This document shows positions 32,399 through 38,071 of a stretch of DNA of 38,569 bases, piece by piece. The position numbers and the translations under genes are program-made. The DNA is from a virus. The notes beneath the pieces are model-generated. The model was given only the letters and a program-made list of their open reading frames with translations. It was not told the origin of the DNA and searched no databases. The stretch's first letter is position 1. Each line of letters begins with the position of its first letter. The stretch is from the IMG/VR virus record IMGVR_UViG_3300046534_000937. One strand, written 5' to 3'.

Positions 32399-32850
32399 TG
32401 GCCGGATCAGTCAACAAAGTTATCATCATAGGCAACCTGGGTGCAGATCCCGAGGTGCGCAGCTTCCAGAACGGCGGCAAGGTCTGCAATCTGCGCCTTG
32501 CCACGTCTGAGACATGGAAGGACAAGCAAAGCGGCGAGCGCAAGGAGAAAACCGAATGGCACACGGTCGCCATTTTTCAAGAGGGGCTTGTCCGCATTGC
32601 CGAGCAATATCTTAAGAAAGGCTCCAAGGTCTACATCGAAGGCAAGTTGCAAACCCGTAAATGGCAGGACCAATCCGGCGCGGACAAATACAGCACCGAG
32701 ATTGTGCTTCAGGGATTTGACGGCGTGCTGACGATGCTGGATAGCCCTAACGGTGGGCAGCAGGGCGATTCCGGCGGGGATAATGGCCACAGCAATGCGC
32801 AAAGCCCTCAGCCGCGCCAAGACCTAGACGAGGATTCGATTCCCTTCTAG
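32398..32850 (+). CDS. ssb: Single-stranded DNA-binding protein
   Basis: '[17 protein letters not shown]...TEWHTVAIF...[14 protein letters not shown]' forms the OB fold. A Gly/Gln-rich tail ends in the acidic tip 'DEDSIPF'. Confidence 0.95.
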   Translation: MAGSVNKVIIIGNLGADPEVRSFQNGGKVCNLRLATSETWKDKQSGERKEKTEWHTVAIFQEGLVRIAEQYLKKGSKVYIEGKLQTRKWQDQSGADKYSTEIVLQGFDGVLTMLDSPNGGQQGDSGGDNGHSNAQSPQPRQDLDEDSIPF

Positions 32851-32851
32851 A

Positions 32852-32890
32852 CAAAAAAACGCCCCCGGCAACGCTTGTTAACCGGGGGCG
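32852..32890 (-). terminator. Intrinsic terminator between convergent blocks (canonical on the minus strand)
   Basis: A 9-bp stem, cgcccccgg (32860-68) with ccgggggcg (32882-90), is present. On the minus strand the hairpin is followed by TTTTTTTGT. Confidence 0.75.
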
Positions 32891-32951
32891 AGTTATACCA
32901 ACAGGGAGGTGTTGTGGGTCGAGCAGGTCAGACCGTAACTAACACTAGCCG

Positions 32952-33206
32952 CTATTCCCTGCGAACGTCAAGCGCCTTGCGCATATCATCTGGCAAAAAG
33001 TCCCGCATGGTTACGCCGCCGCCGGTCGCTAATTCCAAGCGCGCTGCGACGTCAAGGCTTGTAACCTGGCGATAGCCGCTGAGCATTTGGCTGTAAAAAG
33101 GCCCGTTAAACCCCGCATGTTGACAGAACGCCTTTTGCGAGTCGAAGTTTGCGGCGACGTATGCGCGCAGCTTGTCAACGCCGGGAAGGCTAGGGGTGGG
33201 TGTCAT
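32952..33206 (-). CDS. Cro/YdaS-like HTH regulator
   Basis: 84 aa. 'QKAFCQHAGFNGPFYSQMLSGYRQVTSLDVAARLELATGGGVTMRDFLP' fits the YdaS/Cro pattern. Confidence 0.55.
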   Translation of the reverse strand: MTPTPSLPGVDKLRAYVAANFDSQKAFCQHAGFNGPFYSQMLSGYRQVTSLDVAARLELATGGGVTMRDFLPDDMRKALDVRRE

Positions 33207-33248
33207 GAGGTGGGTTCCTTTGGTTTAGGCGTCTTTTGTTCTGGCAGT

Positions 33249-33269
33249 AGCGATGCGCATCGCTTTTTC
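33249..33269 (+). terminator. Terminator-like hairpin plus T5, oriented on the plus strand
   Basis: The palindrome agcgatgcgcatcgct (33249-64) is followed by ttttt. It lies in the 138-nt gap between two minus-strand genes, and its role is unclear. Confidence 0.3.
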
Positions 33270-33344
33270 CCTTGGGGGCTGCACGAACATTTGAATCCGG
33301 TTATAGGGCAAGCTAGGCGCATATCTCTCTCCTTTATCCATGCG

Positions 33345-33965
33345 CTACACTAAGCCACGGTTAGCGGGCGCGCAAGGCCCGCTCCACTGCGCCGCCATTG
33401 CATCGGCGATGCCTTGATAGGTTGTGCTGCGCTCTTTCCAGCGATTGGGGCCGGGCGAAGCAAGGTGGCAATCCGCGCGGGCATGTTCCGCCGTCATGGT
33501 GCTGGTCGGCGTTAACGGTGGCAGGCCGCGTGTCCAGAAGCATGTTCGCTTCTTTGCCGGGTCTCCAAACTGCCACGGCTGGACTGTGAAATCCGCCCTA
33601 CTCCCAACAATCTCGCAGGCGTATCTGTGCATAACTGGGTTTTCGACCGCCACGCATGGCGCGTTTGCATTCAAACACTCAAGAAAGAACGCCGCGCCAG
33701 CCCGCATATCGTCCCACAGGTCGCGTTCAGCAAGCCAGCGGACGCCGGAATTGCACAGGCGCGTGCATGGCGGGTGCGCAATAACTAAGTCCCAAGGCTC
33801 GCGCAGTATTGCTGACACGTCGCCCTGAACGTGCGGGCCAGGCGCATCGCTTGGCAGCAGGTCACACGACACAGCGTCATGGCCTCGCGCAATAAATGCG
33901 TCACGCACGCGTCCTGAGTATTCGCAAGCGACCAGCACCCGCATCTTTTCTGGCGTCGTTTTCAT
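33345..33965 (-). CDS. Small DNA cytosine-C5 methyltransferase-like protein
   Basis: 206 aa. 'VLVACEYSG' is motif-I-like, 'IAHPPCTRL' is PC motif-IV-like and 'VAVENPV' is ENV-like. I recognised no obvious target-recognition domain. Confidence 0.55.
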   Translation of the reverse strand: MKTTPEKMRVLVACEYSGRVRDAFIARGHDAVSCDLLPSDAPGPHVQGDVSAILREPWDLVIAHPPCTRLCNSGVRWLAERDLWDDMRAGAAFFLECLNANAPCVAVENPVMHRYACEIVGSRADFTVQPWQFGDPAKKRTCFWTRGLPPLTPTSTMTAEHARADCHLASPGPNRWKERSTTYQGIADAMAAQWSGPCAPANRGLV

Positions 33966-33992
33966 GTCTTAGGCTCCCTTTTCCATGTTATT

Positions 33993-34041
33993 TACCTAGC
34001 CGCAATTTAGCGCTTGCGCAAGGTCCAAACTGTGATAGGTA
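33993..34041. promoter_or_regulatory. Back-to-back divergent promoters sharing the palindromic -35 TTGCGCAA (includes motif copy 3)
   Basis: The plus strand reads TACCTA-gccgcaatttagcgc-TTGCGCAA-ggtccaaactgtga-TAGGTA. This gives TTGCGC, 16-17 nt, TAGGTA in both directions. The ATGs lie at 34075 (+) and 33965 (-). Confidence 0.5.
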
Positions 34042-34074
34042 GGGGATAGAAACTCAAACGAAGGAACCGAGAGA

Positions 34075-34611
34075 ATGGAATTTGACATTACCAGCCGATG
34101 GACGGGCAAAGCAAAGTTTACCGCCGAGATTGACTGCGCAGACGACGCGCCCCGCTCGACTAAGATTGGTCTGGCGGTCAAGTGGGCCAAGAAGTGGGGC
34201 GTCGACCTGAGCGGTGCCGACCTGCGCGGTGCCAACCTGCGCGATGCCAACCTGAGCTGTGCCAACCTGAGCGGTGCCAACCTGCGCGGTGCCGACCTGA
34301 GCGGTGCCAACCTGCGCGGTGCCGACCTGAGCGGTGCCAACCTGCGCGGTGCCGACCTTCTTTGCCTTGGCAACATGGCCGAAATTCGCACTATGCAGAT
34401 TGAAAAGTGGATGGTTGGATACACCGCCACAGAATTGCAAATTGGGTGCCAGCGCCACGCAATCGAGAAGTGGGCCAAGTGGGACACCGATGCTGGCCGT
34501 AAGTGGGTATCTTCTATGGATACCGCAGCCCCAGAATGGGCGAATCGCAACCTAGCGCTAGTCTTGGCATTGATTGAGGCAAACCCAGCAATCAAAGGGG
34601 GCGAAGCATGA
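34075..34611 (+). CDS. Pentapeptide-repeat protein with a non-repeat C-terminal domain
   Basis: There are about 11 consecutive A(D/N)LxG units: '[52 protein letters not shown]'. The SD AAGGAA lies upstream of the ATG. Confidence 0.85.
   Translation: MEFDITSRWTGKAKFTAEIDCADDAPRSTKIGLAVKWAKKWGVDLSGADLRGANLRDANLSCANLSGANLRGADLSGANLRGADLSGANLRGADLLCLGNMAEIRTMQIEKWMVGYTATELQIGCQRHAIEKWAKWDTDAGRKWVSSMDTAAPEWANRNLALVLALIEANPAIKGGEA
34266..34355. repeat. Three perfect 30-bp tandem repeats inside the pentapeptide-repeat gene
   Basis: The unit cctgagcggtgccaacctgcgcggtgccga occurs at 34266-95, 34296-325 and 34326-55. Degenerate 15-bp periodicity starts at about 34204. Confidence 0.9.
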
Positions 34612-34799
34612 GCTTAGGCGACGACAACCGGGCGATGCAGTACCACAAGGACAACGGCACCTTGCGCGAGTTCATGCTAGGCACCCTCACGCTTGAGCAA
34701 TGCCAGGGCCCGCCAGAGCCGATGCCCCTCGACCGAAGCGCGACGATGGACGCGGGAACAACGCCCCTAATTACGTGGCTCGCCGCTAGGGGTGATTGA
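34608..34799 (+). CDS. Hypothetical small protein
   Basis: 63 aa with an ATGA overlap to the pentapeptide-repeat gene. Confidence 0.5.
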   Translation: MSLGDDNRAMQYHKDNGTLREFMLGTLTLEQCQGPPEPMPLDRSATMDAGTTPLITWLAARGD

Positions 34800-34829
34800 T
34801 ATGAACAACACAACCGAAGGACTACGAAT

Positions 34830-35009
34830 ATGAATGAGACCAAAGAATTGCGCTGGTTTGAGGAAATAGCCATGAAGTGTGAGCGGTGCGGCGGTCGAGC
34901 CTCTGGAACATTGCGTGGGTCGCAAAATGAAAGCTACGGAAAGCACTGCAATCGATGCGCTCAAAAGCGACTACGGGACAGCGAAAAAGCCCGCGCCAAA
35001 TCAAGATAA
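34830..35009 (+). CDS. Zinc-ribbon small protein (59 aa, below the ORF-track cutoff)
   Basis: Hand translation: MNETKELRWFEEIAMKCERCGGRASGTLRGSQNESYGKHCNRCAQKRLRDSEKARAKSR. It carries two CxxC pairs, and GAAGGA lies upstream. Confidence 0.5.
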   Translation: MNETKELRWFEEIAMKCERCGGRASGTLRGSQNESYGKHCNRCAQKRLRDSEKARAKSR

Positions 35010-35025
35010 CCAAAGGAACGAACAC

Positions 35026-35211
35026 ATGCCTACCACACGCACGGAATTGACTGAGAACGAAGTCCTCTACGCTTGCGCGTATTGGGTAGAATGTGGGTGC
35101 CCCGAAGTGAAAAACAGCAGAACTTATTTGTCGATTCACAAAGGCAGCAATGACCCCCGAGAGCCGAGCGGAGACACAGTTACCGCGTCTGTTCAAACCC
35201 AACCACGATAA
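35026..35211 (+). CDS. Hypothetical small protein
   Basis: From ATG 35026, with AAAGGAA upstream: MPTTRTELTENEVLYACAYWVECGCPEV... The ORF-track N-terminal extension overlaps the zinc-ribbon ORF. Confidence 0.5.
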   Translation: MPTTRTELTENEVLYACAYWVECGCPEVKNSRTYLSIHKGSNDPREPSGDTVTASVQTQPR

Positions 35212-35222
35212 GGAACAAACAC

Positions 35223-35606
35223 ATGACCGACATTGCAATCGCAGACATCCCCGCCGCGCTGGTGGATATCCACGCCAAGCTAGTTGAGAAGCTAGGCGCG
35301 CAGCCTCTTTTCGACCCTTACCTTTCAATTAAACAAAACGGCAAGTGGTCAATAACGCTGTGGAAGGCTGAGGCTTCAAGCCTTTTAACATGCCACGAGT
35401 CGACCCCAGCCCAGGCGATATTGGTTTCGCTGCAATTCATAGCAAGCATGGTTGGCAGCGACGAGCAGAGCGTTATTGACTGGCAGGAAAGCCTCGCAAG
35501 CGTGATTGACGAGGGCCACGACCTCAACCTGCCCGACACCGTGCTTGCACCGCTGCGCGCGTCGTCACAGGCTATGACTGAGAACCTTATTGGAGTGGCG
35601 AAATGA
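35223..35606 (+). CDS. Hypothetical protein
   Basis: 127 aa with globular composition. Confidence 0.55.
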   Translation: MTDIAIADIPAALVDIHAKLVEKLGAQPLFDPYLSIKQNGKWSITLWKAEASSLLTCHESTPAQAILVSLQFIASMVGSDEQSVIDWQESLASVIDEGHDLNLPDTVLAPLRASSQAMTENLIGVAK

Positions 35607-35782
35607 TTGACCAGCACCAGCACCGCCCGCAGCACCCGATTGACCACGAAAAGCACAACCGCGCCTCAGACGCGCACTATGAAAGCAAGCGCCCCGGCCT
35701 AATACGCGAATACCTCGCCGAAATGGCTGGCGTTGTTCTCGTCTTCGCAATCATTATTGTTGCGCTTGTGGTGACGCCATGA
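35603..35782 (+). CDS. Small His-rich membrane protein (59 aa, below the ORF-track cutoff)
   Basis: Hand translation: MIDQHQHRPQHPIDHEKHNRASDAHYESKRPGLIREYLAEMAGVVLVFAIIIVALVVTP. ATGA overlaps occur at both ends. Confidence 0.5.
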   Translation: MIDQHQHRPQHPIDHEKHNRASDAHYESKRPGLIREYLAEMAGVVLVFAIIIVALVVTP

Positions 35783-36111
35783 GCAAGCGAACCGTTTTAG
35801 TTTATCACGACTGCGCCAATTCATCGCAAGAGCGCATCCCGCGGCCCGTTTCGCTAGTGTGCGAGCCTTGGGAAACGCCAGATGCGGAAGCCCCACAGAC
35901 GCTACAGGAGCGCGTGCTAGGGGGGCTCAACAGCGTGCCCCGCACAGCTAGGACCATCGCGGGAAATGTGGGCTTAGACGTGCGCTCAGCGCGCAACGTG
36001 CTAGTAGAACTGTGCCGCAAGGGCGAGTGCGTCATGAGCCCGCCAAGAAGCAACCTAGCGAATCTTTATCGCCGCGCGGGAAGCCTCACAGCAACAGCTC
36101 CACCTCTTTAA
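35779..36111 (+). CDS. Winged-helix-like DNA-binding protein candidate
   Basis: 110 aa. 'LQERVLGGLNSVPRTARTIAGNVGLDVRSARNVLVELCRKGECV' looks MarR/wHTH-like. Its 3' end overlaps the convergent 36086..37267 gene by 26 nt. Confidence 0.45.
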   Translation: MSKRTVLVYHDCANSSQERIPRPVSLVCEPWETPDAEAPQTLQERVLGGLNSVPRTARTIAGNVGLDVRSARNVLVELCRKGECVMSPPRSNLANLYRRAGSLTATAPPL

Positions 36112-37267
36112 ACCGCCCGCGCTTGGCCGTATCAAACGAGGCTCCGTATATCCCGCTAGTGTCCACAAAGCTCATAATCTCTTCGTATTGAGTCGTGGAC
36201 ACTATCGACGGAAACTGTCGCCAGTGCATCCCGGCAAACGTGTCAGATTTTGAGCTGTGGAAATGGCCGGTATAGAAATAGTGAAAGTCGCTCACTCCAT
36301 ACAATGCGCGGAAAGTGTGCTTGATATTCTCGGCCATCTTTTCAGGCTTAACCCCGTGCCCATGATGCGAACAAATAAACAGTCGCCCGCGCTGAAATAT
36401 TCCATAGTGGCTTTCCTGGCCGTTAATCGTCACGCGCGGATTGTTGGCGTATCTCTGCCCTAGCGCAATCAGAACCGGCTGGGGAATGTTGGGGTCGTGG
36501 TTGCCGGGGTTTGATTCGTAGATAACCTCGGCGTGAGTTGTCAGCGCCATTTCGATTTGCCAGATAGCGACCTCTATCCCAAGCAACAGATTTTCGCCGT
36601 GACTGCCCTCGACCTTCAGTTTGTGCAGGCTCCGCACTGTCACGTCGCGGTCGTCGTTAGCGTGGAGCCGGTCGCCGTTGTCCAGAATTAGGGCTGTGTC
36701 TGCTGGGGATAAGCTGCCATGAAGCTCTCCGAAACCCTCTTTGACGCGCTTAACCGCTATCTCCCGGTTGTAAGCTCTGTGCCCTTTGCCCTCGGATATA
36801 ACCGCGCCAAGGTGAAAATCTGAGTTTGCGAATAGGTTAACGATATTTTCGCGGGGCCGGTTGCCAAGGATAATTTCGGGGATGGCCAGAACGCCGCCTA
36901 GTAGCGTCACGATGCGCTCGGCCACAGCTTCAGGCGCGGCAGGTTCTGGCGCTAGTTGTAGCGAATAGGATATGTCGCCCGCTGGCGTGGTCTTGAGCCA
37001 AGCCGTCTTTGGAACCATGCCCGTTCCTAGCGCCTTCATCGCCGCTTGAATGGCCGGATCTTGCCCCAGTATTTTTGACGCGCGTGTCACGCGAGAATTG
37101 AGCGTTTCGCGGGCTAGACCTAGAGCCTTCGCAGCTTTGGTGACTGTGCCGTGCGCTTCAACAGCGTCTAGGGCTTCTTGGGCTAACTCAGGGGATAGGG
37201 GTGGCGTCGGCATTTGAGAGTTCTCCAGCAAGGGCCATATAGCCCGCACCATCGACATAGCTGTCAT
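36086..37267 (-). CDS. HTH - calcineurin-like metallophosphoesterase fusion protein
   Basis: The N-terminal HTH is 'GTVTKAAKALGLARETLNSRVTRA'. The MPE motifs appear in order: 'SDFHLG', 'NGDRLH', 'PGNHD', 'SHHGH', 'TGHFH'. The true start may be ATG 37213 (MPTPPLSPE...). Confidence 0.75.
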   Translation of the reverse strand: MTAMSMVRAIWPLLENSQMPTPPLSPELAQEALDAVEAHGTVTKAAKALGLARETLNSRVTRASKILGQDPAIQAAMKALGTGMVPKTAWLKTTPAGDISYSLQLAPEPAAPEAVAERIVTLLGGVLAIPEIILGNRPRENIVNLFANSDFHLGAVISEGKGHRAYNREIAVKRVKEGFGELHGSLSPADTALILDNGDRLHANDDRDVTVRSLHKLKVEGSHGENLLLGIEVAIWQIEMALTTHAEVIYESNPGNHDPNIPQPVLIALGQRYANNPRVTINGQESHYGIFQRGRLFICSHHGHGVKPEKMAENIKHTFRALYGVSDFHYFYTGHFHSSKSDTFAGMHWRQFPSIVSTTQYEEIMSFVDTSGIYGASFDTAKRGRFKEVELLL

Positions 37268-37472
37268 GGTGTGGTCCGTTCACTAATCGTGCAATTTTAA
37301 GCCACGCCATGCAAAGCGCAACCTGCTCGGGGGAAACGTCCGCGCCGAGAATGACCTGCCAGCCTGTCGCTATGCGCTGGAAGTTTTCCGATGGGGGGCC
37401 ATATGACGCCGCGCGGGGGCCGCAAACTAAGTCCGTCGCCTCCGCTAAGATATGGGCGCGCTGCATCTGCAT
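37188..37472 (-). CDS. DUF6378-like protein (family of the dATP/dGTP diphosphohydrolase N-terminal domain)
   Basis: 'RAASYGPPSENFQRIATGWQVILG...SPEQVALCMAWLKIARLVNGPHHDSYVDGAGYMALAGE' fits the YG...NF..IA..W...K..R...H.DS..D..GY pattern. I chose the start at ATG 37472; the ORF-track start is TTG 37529. Confidence 0.55.
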   Translation of the reverse strand: MQMQRAHILAEATDLVCGPRAASYGPPSENFQRIATGWQVILGADVSPEQVALCMAWLKIARLVNGPHHDSYVDGAGYMALAGELSNADATPIP

Positions 37473-37492
37473 CGGGGGGGATTGGGTCGCGC

Positions 37493-37708
37493 TCAAGTTA
37501 GCTCGCCTAGCGGCACGACTTCGTGGCAAATCGTGTTGGTCTTGGCGACAGGCGCACCTCGCTCTAGGAACGCATCAAGCGCTTCCTGCGCGCGCGGCTG
37601 CAACTGCGCTTCGCACGCGGCCATGGATTCATATGAGTTTTGGCTGTGGAATGATGCAGGGTCAGCAACGCCAACCAGCCAGACGAGAAGTATCATTTCA
37701 AACATCAC
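37493..37708 (-). CDS. Small secreted/membrane protein
   Basis: 71 aa. The N-terminus 'MMFEMILLVWLVGVA' is signal-like, and the protein has two Cys. It forms an ATGA overlap with the lipoprotein gene. Confidence 0.5.
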   Translation of the reverse strand: MMFEMILLVWLVGVADPASFHSQNSYESMAACEAQLQPRAQEALDAFLERGAPVAKTNTICHEVVPLGELT

Positions 37709-37929
37709 TCACCCCCAAAAACAGAGTCGTATGTGGCAATCAGCGCCCGCCCGGTCGTGAGGCTAAGCGGGCCACCGTCTGAGGCTAGAGCGGCAGCGTG
37801 TGCGGTCACACGGGGGGCTAGGACGTCTCGTGCTGCGTCATTGCTCGCCACGGTCGCGCAACCAGTCACGGTCAGCGCTAGGGTCGCCAGTGCCAATATC
37901 CGCGTCGTCTGCTCTCTTGCGTGTCTCAC
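37705..37929 (-). CDS. Outer-membrane lipoprotein, o-spanin candidate
   Basis: The signal plus lipobox is 'RILALATLALTVTGC'. The gene starts inside the preceding TM-protein gene in another frame (overlap 37838-37929), which is the overlapped Rz/Rz1 architecture. Confidence 0.6.
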   Translation of the reverse strand: MRHAREQTTRILALATLALTVTGCATVASNDAARDVLAPRVTAHAAALASDGGPLSLTTGRALIATYDSVFGGE

Positions 37930-38071
37930 GGTATTCCTCCATTCGTTTCGCGGTCTGTCTTGCCCGCTCAGAATTGCCGCCGCTGCGCCAAATTGTCAAG
38001 ACTGCTATTAGGGCGAGGCCCATATAGGCAAAGCCGCGACCAATTCGGGAAGCTAGGAATGCGGCAATCAT
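37838..38071 (-). CDS. N-terminal-TM charged protein, i-spanin candidate
   Basis: It starts at ATG 38071 (ATGA overlap with the endolysin stop). The TM is 'FAYMGLALIAVLTIW', followed by an R/E/D/K-rich periplasmic part. At 77 aa it is short for an i-spanin. Confidence 0.45.
   Translation of the reverse strand: MIAAFLASRIGRGFAYMGLALIAVLTIWRSGGNSERARQTAKRMEEYRETRKRADDADIGTGDPSADRDWLRDRGEQ

Noticed and set aside
34266-34355. 30-bp direct repeats considered as a possible CRISPR array
   Set aside because: The units are contiguous with no spacers, they are in-frame coding sequence, and there are no cas genes anywhere in the window.
33996-34595. A 199-aa minus-strand ORF (and the 134-aa ORF 34054..34458) antisense to the pentapeptide-repeat gene
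   Set aside because: Its periodic '[10 protein letters not shown]' sequence is just the mirror image of the 15/30-bp repeat. The plus-strand frame gives the canonical A(D/N)LxG pentapeptide and has a good SD.
34879-35025. The N-terminal 49 codons of ORF-track ORF 34879..35211
   Set aside because: They overlap the zinc-ribbon ORF (two CxxC pairs), which has its own SD. An internal ATG at 35026 with AAAGGAA upstream gives a cleaner 61-aa gene.
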